DNA of 64,000 bases from Lama guanicoe (taxonomy: Eukaryota), in assembly GCA_013239625.1 (NCBI GenBank), contig MU053472.1, positions 930,001 to 994,000 of the forward strand. Reading direction: 5' to 3'. Below, piece after piece: positions 12,666 through 25,139 of the stretch; positions within the stretch are counted from its first letter, which is position 1; every line of letters begins with the position of its first letter. Both the position numbers and the translations under genes were made by a program. The notes beneath the pieces were generated by a model that had not been told where the DNA came from, made no database searches, and saw only the letters and a program-made list of their open reading frames with translations.

Positions 12666-13419
12666 TTACAGATGGAGCCTCTCCGATTACTGGGTAACAA
12701 GCTGAGGCCCAGAGAAAGCCAGTGGCTTGACAGAGACACACAGCCAGTTAGCCAGGGCTCAGCCAAGTCTCCCGGTCCTCAGCCAGAATTCTCTCCACTA
12801 AGTTGAGCTGCCCCTGTTGTCTTCATTCAGAGCCCACTGACCACCAGCCTGGCCTGAATCTACCCCTCCACCCAATCTAAGCTACAGGGTCACAGGAGGA
12901 CCTTTCAGGGGCCAGGACCTCCCAGTAGCTAGTTCTGTCACAGAGAGCAAGACTGCAAGGGACAGGTCTGGCCTGGAGAAGAAGGAGGGCCTAGGGAACA
13001 GTCTGTGGGTCTAGGCAGGTGAAGCCATGTCCAGGGATGTCAGTCAAGGCAGGGCTGGGCTGACAAGTGGTACCAGTGGAGACTAGGGATGGAGTGCAAA
13101 TGCCAGCGGTTCTGCCAGGGAGGGCAGGCTGGGACCCATGCTGGGATGTCATCATCAGCAAAAGCAAGAGTATGTGGGAGGAGTGCTTGGTCACAGGGAG
13201 GTGACGAGTAATCAAACCCACGGAGCTACCTGGGGCCTCGAGGAGGGTGAGCCCTGTTGGGGAGCTCCGCCCGAGGGGGGCAAGGACAGAGGTTCCAGGC
13301 AGCCCTGTCGGAGCTGCAATGCTGGCAGCACACACGGAGGGAGGCGAGGACTGGAGAACTGGCATTTGCTTCAAGGCTGCAACACTCCAGACACTACACT
13401 GTCCTCAGCTAATTCTTGC

Positions 13420-13580
13420 AGTAACTCTGTGAGACAGATGTTGTCCCCACTTTATAGATTAGAAAACTGAGTCCAGGGAGATAACCTGCCTGACCCCCAA
13501 GGCCACACAGCTTGAAGTGGAGATCTGAATCACGGTCCATGAGATTCAGGCATTCCAGAGACTGTGTTCTTTCCCACCCA
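13420..13580 (-). mobile_element. MIR SINE
   Basis: ccccactttatagattagaaaactgagtcc...ccaaggccacacagc...tccagagactgtgttctttcc. Confidence 0.75.
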
Positions 13581-13829
13581 TATTCTACCCCTCCTGCCAA
13601 ACTCTGCCATCAGGAATCAGCCTCTCATTGAACTGCTGACCGCTGAGGAGGGTGGGGTTGATGAGGGCAGTGGTCATCGGAAGAGCCTAACTTTCCAGGA
13701 GGGGAGAGTTTCAAGCTGTTCGGAAGACTCGGGGGCTCCAGGGAGACACTGGATAAAGACTTGTCTCCTTCCCTGACAGTGAAGGGCCTTCCCAGCCTGC
13801 CCCCCTATATAACCCCGACTCCTGATTGT

Positions 13830-14150
13830 TCCTCAGCCTTCATTCCGTGCTCCTCCTTGCTTCCACATCTTTGCACAAGCTGTTCCTTCTGCTTGGAATG
13901 CCCTTCCCTGCTCTGTCCACCTTCTGACCTTTAACACTTGATTCAGTTGTCCCCTGGATCCTCCTTTCCCCACCCTGGTTGGGGTTGGCCTCTCCCTCTT
14001 CTGTGTTCCTGTAGTTCTCTCATTCACACCTATTATACTGCTTGTTTGTAGGAATTTATGTTGTCAGTCCTCCCCACTAGTCCTAGAGGGCCAGAGGGGT
14101 GTATTACCTCCCAATGTCGCGCCTAGGGTGTAGTAGGAACATGATGTTGC
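13830..14150 (+). mobile_element. L2 LINE 3' fragment
   Basis: ctttgcacaagctgttccttctgcttggaatgcccttccc is a typical L2 segment. Confidence 0.75.
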
Positions 14151-14155
14151 ATAAT

Positions 14156-14226
14156 AGAAGGAGAAAGGAAGGGAGGAAGAGAGGAAGGGAGGGAGGCAGG
14201 AAGGAAGGAAAAAAGAAAGGAAGGAA
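14156..14226. repeat. (GGAA/GGGA)n purine tract
   Basis: About 70 nt of near-pure purine GGAA-type repeat. Confidence 0.85.
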
Positions 14227-15274
14227 CTGGGAAGCAGCTGGTCCTAGAAGGAAGATATGGGGCAGATGCAGAATGAATCAATCCTGGACTTTGGGGTCAG
14301 AGAGTCCTGAGTCTTGAGTTTTACTGACTTACTAGCTGTGTATGCCCTGTTACTTCATCTCTCTGCTCTGAGTTTTCTCTCCTGTAAACTGGAGGGTAGT
14401 ATCTTCTTCTTAGGTGGTTGTGAGGATAACAGAAGATAAGTGTAAAACTTGGAACATGTAAGAAGTGTTCAAGAGATGCCCAGTGTTAGACTCTTGCCAA
14501 GTGCCCAGGAGGGTGAGTGAGGTGATGCTGGGGCTCCATCATGTACCAGGAGAGGCTGTGTCTGGTGGCTCCCCATTGTCCACACTGCAGACTCTGTGAC
14601 CAGCGGCCCCCTCGGGCTGACCTTCTCTACTCCCCATATCTGTCCAGGGCCCCTCCTCCTGCCCTGACTGCATCCCCAGCCCCATCACCAAATCCCTATG
14701 CTGTTGATGCTGCCCATTGTCACTGGCCTGAGCCAAACAAAATGCAGGGGATCAGTCAACTGCTAAAAGCACTCACATTTCAGAGCCTGGCCCAGGTCAT
14801 ACTGAGCAAGCCACAGACTGGAACAGCCTCAGATATAGGCTCAGGGCCCCTGAGGCCAGTGGCAGGGACTTGAGTCCCCTCTGCCCCTCATGGCTGTAAG
14901 CACCAGTGCTCTCTCCTGCCAGGCCAGCCTCCCTAGCAGAAGCAGCCCAGAAGGCAGGATGATGCAAAGGAAAGCAACTCTCCCAGAGCCAGGAGACCTG
15001 GGCCTTTGTTCAGCTCTGCCTGGGACTTGTATGTGCCCTGGGCCAGTCCCTTCCTTCTCTGGGCATGTTTCCCATCAGCCAACTGAAAGGGATGGACTCA
15101 GGAAAGGCCAAGGCCTGATCTTCATGGGAGCAGGAGACGAGGATAAAGAATTCACTTAGAGCTCAGACACCTCTTCCCAGAGCCCACCCTCTGCCCATAC
15201 GCTGGGCCAGATGAAGAAGGAAGCGCTGGGCTGTACAGAAGGCCTTAGGGCCAGCAAGGAACAGTGGCTGCAAA

Positions 15275-15420
15275 GATAAGAACGAGTTTACTGAGCACTC
15301 AGTATGCCCAGGCACTGTGCTAACAGACCTTAAATAAAAGATTTCATCAGTCCTGCCAACCACCCTAGGGGGCAGGCTACATTATCACCCCCATTTCACA
15401 GGTGAGAAGAGGGCCAGAGA
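15275..15420 (-). mobile_element. MIR SINE
   Basis: tttactgagcactcagtatgcccaggcactgtgctaa...attatcacccccatttcacaggtgag. Confidence 0.75.
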
Positions 15421-15879
15421 GGGGTCCTGGTTCCAAAGTCCACAGAGTCCCGTTCTGCTGACCCCAGCCTCTGCTTTCATCATATGGCTTGGTCCCTGCC
15501 TGGCTTCAGGGCTTGGCTTGAGGACATCTTTGAGCCTCTCTGCCCAGATGTGCCCACTCCCTTCTGTTGGCTTTAAGGAGGGTGGTCCATGGTAGGTGGA
15601 AGGAGAAGGATGGCCAGTGGGTTCATATGCAAAACATGCTCACGTAACCCCACAGCGCCTGGCTCCTCGTGGGCTCTTCTGCTGGAGGAAGGGTGAGATC
15701 CCCCCCCCACCCAGGTCCTTGATGTTGGGAGGGTGCCAGCCCTTCTCATCTTCACGTGGACAGTCGTCTGGGTTATGGGAAGCTGGCCTCTCTCAACCAC
15801 TCCACATGTGAGGCATGGACGGGGGTGGAAGACCCCAGAATCAGAAGAACCTGCTCTGCCCATCCCTCCCCAGAGGCCT

Positions 15880-17090
15880 CAGGCGCGCCCCTTCCCTTCC
15901 CTGGTCCTCATCTGTGCCAGACGTGGACGTGAACCACAGGACCGCCTCCACCGCTGACCCTGCTTTACCGGACCCCCGCCCCGCCTCCCGCAGATGAGCG
16001 AGCCCCCGGGCCACCCGCTGCCCAGACCCCTGCAGATGAAAGCACTGAGCCCAGGCCAGGGGCCCCCGATGCCAGAGCCCCTCTGGGCCATGCACCGGGG
16101 CCGCGGGGGCCGCTCGGCCGCCTTTCGCTGGCATAATGTATGCCCTGCGCCACCGCCGCCCCCGTCACTCAATCCCAGCCGGTCTGCGGAGGCAGAGATA
16201 GTCCTTAATGAGAAGGGCCCAGGCTTTATCTGCTTTCTACTTCAGCCATTATCTCCCCCAGTCTATAGACACGCAGTTACCTCTGACAATAATGCTCAGA
16301 GGCAACAAATGCTGATGAGTTTTCTATGCAGCCCGCACAATAAGTCTATCAAAACAACCTCGGAAAATTATGAACCCCCGTGACAGACAAATACAACCAG
16401 CTCCGGCATGAATTTAGAGCCCCCAACGCTACGTTTCTTTTAATTCTTCCGGCCTCCCTTATCTCTGCTGTTCCTCTTCTGGTGGGGAGATAACAGTAAT
16501 TCTTCTCCGAGCTGGTTTTTTTTTTTTCTCTCTCTCCCTCCCCCCTCCTTGCTTTTTTTTTTCCCCACCCACTGAGTGAGATGTTTTCCGTGTCTTTCTG
16601 CTTGCTAAAGATAAAGGGTTAAAGACCAACTTATGTTGGGTGCTGGGGAAGGGGGGAGGGGGCACGGGAGAGGGGGGAAAAAGTAATCAGCATTCAAGAG
16701 ATTGCTATCAGAGAATCCGCGCAGAGAACAGTAATTTTGCTGGGTTTGGTGAGGGCTCTCTCCACTCCCCCCCCCTTTTTTTATGAATGCACATAATGCC
16801 TGGAGTGTTGGGGGCAGATAAAAGAATTAGCAGCAGCCAGGGGGACGGAGGCCCGGAGAACAGGGGAGAATTAGAATGTCTATCTTTGTCTCTTCCGGCT
16901 CATCCAGCCAGCCGAGGCTCCCGGCTCGTAAACAATTTAATCTTTTTGCTACAGTTAAAATACAAAGACAGCAAGCCTCCTTCCTCCAAATGGAAAAGGG
17001 AGGAGGAACAGGACAGGAGGAGGAGGATTGGGGTGCGGGGTGCAGGGGGAGGGGGGTCGGGATGAGGGAGAGGCAGATAGGAAAGGGCTG
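15880..17090. promoter_or_regulatory. CpG-rich patch (~15880-16190) plus adjacent GATA-dense enhancer candidate
   Basis: CpG-dense segment followed by a repeat-free block with 11 WGATAR sites between 16196 and 17080. Confidence 0.6.
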
Positions 17091-18777
17091 ACGCCACAAA
17101 CTTTGCTGCTGCTAGCTTAACCTCTTGGCCTTGAGACCTGAGTGCCCCCCCCCCACCAATAGTGCTCCCCTCACTGGGAACAGAGCCCAGACGTGGCTTG
17201 GTCCAGCTTACCTCCAGGACTTACGGCTCAGCCACTGGAGGAGGGGGTGGGGGAGGGGGTGGACTTGCTCTCACCGAGGGTCCCTGGTCCCTGTCTCCCC
17301 GGGAGGTGGCAGCTGCTACCCGCACTTCTTCCCTTGGTCTTCCTATAATCACAGTCTTTCCTTATTCCTCCTCCACTTCCTGCCTCTCCTCCCCCAGCTC
17401 CTTCTAGGCTCTGGTGAGAGCTCTCAAGTCTTAGAAAATGACTTGCTTCCCAGGCTGCAAAGCTCCCTGAGGGTAGGGGCCACGTCAGTGTGCTCTCTGC
17501 ACAGGGCAAGGATGGGGCTGTCTGCCTAGAATGGAGGCTGCAGCTCTCCACCTACTGCCTGAGACCAGCGATGGAGAGAGGCTGAGATGGGATGTAAGAA
17601 CGCATTCTTTCTCCCTTTCTCCTGTTCTTTCACACCCCTGCAGGCAGTGGGAGAACAGAACTCAGGAAAGAACATGCCTGGAAGGAGAAGCCCCTCTGAA
17701 AAGACAGATCATTTTGAGGGACCTAAAAATAGGCCATAAAAGTGAAGCCGCCTGAGGAGTCCTAGGGATAAGAAGGAGGGATTCCTCCAACCTGTTGGGG
17801 GGGCATCAGCCTATGTGACTGGCCAGCTGGGCATCCTCAAGGCAATCCAAACAGTGGTGCCCCCAAGTGCTCGCCGTACCTCCACGCTGTGGTCACTTTG
17901 AGACATTTCAGCTGGACCCTTGTCACACACGGCATGAAATGCCCAATTTTCATAGGACCAAGTTGGAAGCGGGTTCCTCCTTCTTTGCCCTCCTTTCTCC
18001 TGCAAAGTGCTAATCCCAGTATGTTGGCACTGAATTTACTGCCCTCTCTTGCTTAAAAACACCTAAAGGGCCAGGAGCTTCTTCCCCACCCCCGGAAGCC
18101 TGAGCCCAGCAGGAGCAGATGCCCGGCCAAGCTGGGTGAACGCTTGCTGAGTGACTTGACGGATGAAGAGAGGAGTGAATGAAGTCAGATAAAGCCAGAA
18201 GGGACGGGGGGAGATTCTTTAGGCACCAGACACACACTTGAGGAGGTGCCACTCAGGCAAAAGGTGGGGAGATGAGGGCCCAGAAGAAGAAGGATGGGGT
18301 TGTGGTCTAAGAATTGGTCCTCTCTCCCCAGGCTCTACCAGCAGGAGCCATTCTGCAAATGGAGGGAACCAAAGCAATGATCAGGATTCAGCCAGGCGCA
18401 TCTCTGCTGGGGCTCAGCCACATTCAGAGTGAAATCTCCAACTTCTTGGCTTGGGGTCCTTCCCAGAAGACATGAGGGGAAATCATGGGCCTTGGCATCA
18501 GAGAAGCTGGGGTCACCTCCGAGCTCTACCTCTTGTTGGCTGTGTGAACTCCAGTAGGTCAATCTCTCTGAGCCTCAGTTCCTTGTCTGTAAAATGGAAA
18601 TAATAATGACTTCTACCCTATAGAGTTGGATTAGCACATAGTAGGGACCCAGCGGGTGCTGGTGATATCTAAGTAGAAGAAGCAATGGCTTGTAATGACA
18701 AGCACAGCAGACACAATAAACCAGGGATGTCGAAAACACAAGCACATCTCAAAGCTCCACAGAGAAGCATCCATTTA

Positions 18778-18972
18778 CAGCTGACCCTTGAACAGCATGG
18801 GGGTTAATCCACGTATAACTTCAAGCCAGCCCTCCATATCCACGGTCCCTCTGCATCTGCAGATTGAACCAACCATGGGCTGTGTAGTACTACAGTATTT
18901 ACTACTGAAAAATAACCGCATATAAGTGGACTTGTGCTGTTCATACCCACGCTGTATTCAAGGGCCAACTTG
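18778..18972. mobile_element. Tigger2-family (TcMar) non-autonomous DNA transposon
   Basis: TA followed by terminal inverted repeats cagctgacccttgaaca ... ttcaagggccaact; internal gcatataagtggac matches Tigger2 ends. Confidence 0.8.
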
Positions 18973-19489
18973 AACATATGTATGTATGTATCTACATTGC
19001 TCATCCTACCTCTGCCCTCTTCTCCTTGGGGAATTGAGGCTGGGCTGAGCCATGCTGTGGGGAATAAAGCTCTTTTCTCCAGCTCCTGTGTGCCTCCCAG
19101 GGCTGGGGACGGGGAGTTCAGAGGAGCTCCTGGGAGACTCCAGGAGGTGGGAGCTAGTCACCTGCTCCAGAGTAGACAACTTTGCAGATAACCTCCAGCC
19201 TGCTGGCTTTCCTTTCAGTCCCTTCACATCTGTGACCTGGGCTAAGCTCTCCATTTACTCCCAACCCCAAGCCCTACTTAAATATTCATCCTTCCTCACC
19301 CTGACTCTGATGTCACCCTGAAAATGACCCCTAGTGTAGTTGAGGAGACGTGGGAGTGGAACATAGGGTATGAATATGTTATATATAAGCAATGTTCAAA
19401 TAATAATGTTTAGTGCCTACATCTTAAAACCAGATAACAGTTATTTTCAAATATACATTAAACATATATAATCTTGGTCACGTCTTAAG

Positions 19490-19680
19490 CCAGGGTATAC
19501 CAAACTGTCCACATGCCAGAATCACTTGGGTAGCTTTAAAAAAAGACAGCCAAGTCTAGAGATTCTGAATTAATATGTATATGTTTGGGGGTGGGTATTT
19601 TGGATTTGGGGGTTAGGAAAGTAGATTTTTTAAAAGATCCCAGGTGATTCAGTTGAGGAGCCTAATTTGGGATCTGTTGT
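19490..19680. mobile_element. MER5-type hAT-Charlie element
   Basis: cagaatcacttgggtagctttaaaaa...agagattctga...ttttaaaagatcccaggtgattc. Confidence 0.65.
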
Positions 19681-22539
19681 CTTTAGCAGCAAAGAAATCG
19701 GCTTCATTTTTTTTCATTAATTCAACAAATCCTTTCTGAGCACCTGCTATCTCTCTTTGTGTGTATTGGGGATCGGGGGACAAGACATAAAGAAGCCAAA
19801 AAGCCCATAGGGCACAAAAAACCAGTGTCTAACCAGCAATATAGATGCCCCACTCCCCAGCCTCAGTTGAAAAACCCACGCGATACTGATTTCCCCTGCT
19901 TCTGGTATCTCTAGGGTTTGGTGTCCCTTCTCTACTTAGGAATAGAGCAAGAATAGATGCATATTAAGGCCTACTAAGTGCCAAGCACTGCAGTCAGTAT
20001 TTAACTATACATACAATCACTTTTAATCCATGTCTTGTATGGTGGCCATTATGACTTCGTACTATTTACGGGGAAATAGAGGCACAAGAGGCTGAAGAAC
20101 TCACGTAAGTTCACAAAGCTAGCAAGGGGCAGGGTCATACCCCCTCAAAATTGTGTGTCACATAAGTGCAGGACCTTGGAGTTCTGCTTATTACTAATCA
20201 CAGTGCATTGCCTTCAATCATTCACTCATTCAAAAAACTGATAAACCACCCACTAGGTGCAAAGCACTTAACTCTGGGAGGATAAATAGGACCCTGTCCT
20301 CAAGGAGTACAGTTTAGGAGGTGAACTTGGGCAACTGTGCAAATAATTCAGAGGCAATGAGACTCCCAGGGGAGGGTCAGTAGCAAATTATCAGAATCAG
20401 TGGAGAGAAATTCCTTTCAGCTTCTGGGAGTCAGACTGCCAGAAATCCAAAGGTCCTTGACAAACACTGAGGTCTTATTTCATCAGAGAGGTGAAGCACC
20501 TCACCGAAGGTCACACAGCTGGGTGGGCCATAAATACATGATGAATCGAATGAGATTATTCACTAACTCCAATTACATCTTAACCACTAATAACTTGGCT
20601 CTGGCTCCCCTAATGGGATTTCCTCCTTGGACATCAACCTTCCCTCCCCACTTCCACTGACATCGGCCAATTAGAGAAGGGCAGGTGCTATGATTGGGGT
20701 CACCGGGAAAGGAAGAGATGGAGAGGACCAAAGCTTGCCCCCATCCAGGGCTGAGAAGGAGGTGATCGGTTTCAGGTGCTCACAGCCTCTTGTGACACAG
20801 AGTCTGAGAGAAGCTCCCCCACGTGGAAAGAGGGGACAGACTGGGACATCCGGTGCCCCTGACATGAATGCCCACAGCACCCTTTCCGTGCCATGCTGAA
20901 GGCCAACAGTCATGGGGAGAGATGTGTGGCTACATGTAGAGACATTCAGGCAGATCACAGACCTGAAGTCAGACACAGAGAAGGAGAGGAACAAATACAA
21001 GAAATACACGTATGCCTGAGAACAAACCAGGCGCTGCTATGCAGAGCCACCAACCTAGCTTCTGAGAGTCACAGAGACCCAGAAAGGCATGGGCAGACAC
21101 AAAAGGATTCTTGGGCAGATTCAGGTATCCACTCATTTATTCCACTGGAATGTCTGAGGCACCCACTGTGTGCTGGCGCAGGGAGCTCTTCGTCCTCCCC
21201 GAGCTCATGGTCTGGTGGGAGAGAGCAGGCCTGGAAACCGCAATTACAATACAGCGAGCAGAAAACACGAAGATGAAAAGCAGCCCAGCGAGGCACAGAA
21301 AGAGAGCGAGAGAGAAACAAACACAAAGAGAAACCCAGAGGTGCTGAGAAAGAGGAAGGCAGACGTGCAGACACACAGAAGTGCTTAGAGAGAAAGAGCA
21401 AGAGAGAGGCAGCCACAGATGTGCACATGCATGTGCATTCACTCGCCAACATCTCCTACAGAAGAGGTCCCTTCCCAGGCACCCCAACAGACCCAAAGCT
21501 CCTTCCTGGGAGAATGTGGGAGTGGGGCTTAGGGATAGCTTTCTCCTGCAGGGGGACAGCAGGCTCAGGTGGGGGAAGAGCCAGGCCCTGATGAAGGTAA
21601 ACAAAGTCCGCAGGCGTGTGGGCAGATAAGAAGGAGATGGCAGCTGCTGGGGCTGCTTCCCATCCCCCAGCTGCCCTGGGAGTCAAGGCCACCAGCCAAG
21701 CCTCTGTGGATTCTCCATGATGACTATGTTTGGGTCAACAACCCCCTGCCCCAAACCAAGAGCCCTCCAGCTGGCCCAGTGCAGAGGAAAGGCCTCTCCT
21801 GACCTTAATTTAAGAAAGTCCCCAGGCACCACTCTGGAACCATGCAATCCAGAGAGCTAACATTCTTTGGGTCTAACTTAAAGCCTTCCAACAGCAACCA
21901 AGGTCCAATTCCAATGGAAGAGTGCCAGAGCTCAAGGCCAAAGAGCCAGGATGCTTGCTTCATTCTGAGCACCTGCTCAGGAGCCTGGCCCGCTGGAAGT
22001 CACCTACAGGAGCACTCTTCAGGGAGGCTCTGGACCCAGCTCCCTCATAAAGAGAAAAAGAGTCAGGGTGGGGCAACTTGCCCAAGATTTCGCAGAGGTG
22101 GATTTGGAAAGGGGTCCTGACTCCTCAGAGCACAACCATTTACCCCACAACACCTGGCCACTGGTTCCCAGTAGAAGCAGTGGGCCCTTGGCGGACCTGA
22201 ACACAAGAGGACACAGTCCACACATAGCAGACTGGGGAGGGTCTAGGTGTGGTCTTGGAGGACATGCGCCTGCCCCAGCCACCATCCAGAACCCCACCCA
22301 AGCCCCAGCCGCACACCCCCACCTAACAGCACAGCATCGGACACCCAACAAGTCACTCCGCCCCCACGAGCCCCCTCCCACCACCTAAGCCTTTGGTCGT
22401 GTACTTTCCTCAGAATCCTTCCATCCTCACACCATGTTTCCGCGCATCAACAGATGCCTGTTGAGGGCCCCCTCACTAGGCTAAGCCCTGGGATAGGGCA
22501 GTGATCGAAAAAATGACAAAGCTCCCTTAAAGGGCTGGT

Positions 22540-23020
22540 GGGCCTGCGAGGAAGCGGCGAGGGAGGCCGAGCCAGGGCCAAAAACCCCAGAAAAGGTTCA
22601 ATCAGAGCAGATCGGGCTTCGCAGTGCAGGTGCTCACCCTCCGGGAGCCCCCGCGCGGGGGCCTTTCCACCGAACCCTTCCCTCGATCCCTCCGCGCCGG
22701 CCCCTCCTACCCAACGCAGCCCACCCTGGGCGTCCTGGGCATCCCGGCCCCGGCCCGAGCGCCCAGCCCTTGCAACGCTCCGATTTTGCCCATACTCTGC
22801 GGGCTTTGCCCACCCCACCATGACTCTGACCCTGACCCCGCTCCGCCAGACCCTGCCCGCCCTCCCTCCGCCCGGGGGCCCGCTCGACTCCGCGGCCTGG
22901 CGCGCGCCGACCGCTCCCAGGGGCGCAGGGGGGTGGGGGGAGGGGCGGGGACGCGCGGGCGAGGGCGCGCGCTGCGCCTCCCGAGGCTGGGCCGGGCGCG
23001 GGGCTTGCCCCCCGTGTGTT
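22540..23020. promoter_or_regulatory. Orphan CpG island
   Basis: ~480 bp, very GC-rich, many CG/CGCG; GC boxes and G-runs at 22920-22965; no convincing coding exon. Confidence 0.8.
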
Positions 23021-23029
23021 AAGTGCAGG

Positions 23030-23115
23030 GCCCAGACTTCAGTAGCAATTAAGGCTGCCAGAGAAGAAAGAGAAGGACAAACAGCCTGTTTATTTCCCTC
23101 CCTCCACTATCCCCA

Positions 23116-23152
<37 letters not shown>

Positions 23153-23720
23153 ATACACACACACACACACACACACACACAAAGATACGTCTTAAATGGA
23201 TGTTTCTGCACAAAAACCCCAGGCTGACAACATCTCTGGCCTTGTAACGGGGAAATGACCGTGCCTCGGTGTTTACATAGCTGAAATCGGGGAATTATGC
23301 TGTCATACTGACAACTGTAGGAGGACAATTTTAAAATTACACCGTTCAACACCTTTAATGATTTGTAACAGAAGAGGTGTGGCTACTCCTATTAAATGTG
23401 TTGCCAAATCAATAAAAGGGATAATTGGAGTTGTTAGAGCAAATTATAGCAGCGTCTCTTCTGTTGCTGTACAATGTTCCCTTGTAAACTGCTATTACAG
23501 GCAGCGCCGTATTTCTCTCTTATTTGGCCGCTTTGTAATGAGTTGGCATTTTGCAGCATAATAGTTCCACTTTCTTTTATAGAGCTCTCACTTTAACTTT
23601 TTCTCCTTTGTGCAGCCTATAATTTCCTCGCCCTCCCAGCCTCCCTGCCTGTTTTCCGAGGTGGCCGCGCTGCCTGTCAGCAGCCTCTGGGTGATAAACT
23701 ATATTATTTCACATTATTTT
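23030..23720. promoter_or_regulatory. Candidate highly conserved enhancer flanking the CpG island
   Basis: AT-rich block lacking interspersed repeats; TGTTTAC 23270-23276, CTGTCA-tac-TGACA 23300-23313, AAATCAATA 23406-23414, many TAAT/ATTA cores. Confidence 0.55.
23116..23181. repeat. Compound (CT)n(CA)n microsatellite
   Basis: ctctctct... followed by cacacaca... Confidence 0.95.
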
Positions 23721-24549
23721 CAGGCCTTTTCAATTGGCAGTCAGATGGGGTGGAGGGGCAGATGGGTCTGAGGGGATGGGGCTGTGGAAGGCGGGGAGAG
23801 AGGAGACAGGGCCAGGAGGAGAAGTAAAAATCCACAGAAATCAAAAGGAAAGGGAATGAGGGGGCACAAGGCTGACCTGGTTCCCAGGGGTGGGGGCCTG
23901 GCCCTTTAAACACAGGACTTGACAGAGGTTCTGAGCTGAGCAGAGACAGTGACTGGTGACTTGGCTATTGGTGTGAGGGGTTGTGCAGAACTCTGCCAGA
24001 CCCGGGCCTCACCCTCAGCATCCCAGAACCTCTGCCTCTCCCTGTCCCTAGAAATAAAACCAATAAACAGCTCAGGACTAAGGAGCTTCGTCTTTCCCTA
24101 TTCCCCCACCCATCCTCTCTGCCTGGGCAGAAGCAGGCACCCAGAGCTGAGGCCAGGCCACAGGACAAGTGTAGGAACTGCACCCCTGGAAACATCTCGG
24201 GACCCCAGATGGATGGATAAGTCTTAGAAGATGGACGAGCCATTCCTATTGCAGACAAAGCCTGAAGCCACAGGGAATTCTAAGGCACCATGGTCATGGC
24301 AGAGGCAAGGAGATGGAGACCATCACAGGCCTCTTCCTGGGGATGTTTCAGGAGACCAGAAGCCTGGTTCCAGGCCTGAAATGCCTCCTCTCATCTGACC
24401 CACACAGGCCTGGGCCCCTGGCTGGAAAGGACAGTGTCCCTGGGCAGCTCAGGACCAACCTTGCTGTGTGCATCATTCAGTTCCTAAGACAGCCATAACA
24501 GTTCTAGCCCAGATAAACCATACTCAGTCAGTCCCTGCATTGGGCTTCA

Positions 24550-25135
24550 GGAGAATCAATCCGAATTACCGAGAGGTCTCAATGAGAGACAATTGGAAAC
24601 GAAACACCACTTTATTACTCCCACGGAGCTGCTGTCCCTAGAACCCGTCTGCTGCCAAGCAGCGCAGTAGCAAGATCTGCCCGGATGAGCAGATCAGACT
24701 TGATGGTGAGCAAATAAGATCGATTTACAATGAGCAGCATCAATTTGCTTGCCAACAATGAGCAAAGTCCTAATTCTCTTTGGTAGGTGACTTGTGGCCT
24801 TTGGAGTGTCCTCTCGTGTCCATCTTTCACGGTTCGGGCTAACTTTTTTCCCAGGAGGGCAAATGAAAGTCAACTTGCTTAGGTGCAAGTTTGAGATTAT
24901 GAAGGTTTGAGCGAATGTCATTTAGCCTGTGACAGCTTTGCAGATGCCTGTCACCAAGCTTCCTAATTGGAGCAATAATCAGTCCCATAAAATCCCAGCA
25001 AAATGGAAACGTGTGGACAGTCCCGTAGCATCTGCCTTTAGCAAGAAGGTGACATTTTTCTTTTTACTGGTCTGTACTAACATTGCTTCAATTCAGCTAA
25101 ACGTTAACTATCAGTCCGACCAATTTAATGGTCTC
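24550..25135. promoter_or_regulatory. Candidate enhancer / conserved element
   Basis: Repeat-free; ATCGAT ~24719, AACAATG 24754-24760, TGACAG 24930-24935, CTGTCA 24948-24953. Confidence 0.45.
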
Positions 25136-25139
25136 TGAT

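Noticed and set aside
22538..23227. 229-aa ORF
   Set aside because: Arg/Pro/Ala/Gly-rich by-product of the CpG island that runs through a (CT)n(CA)n repeat; no recognisable domain.
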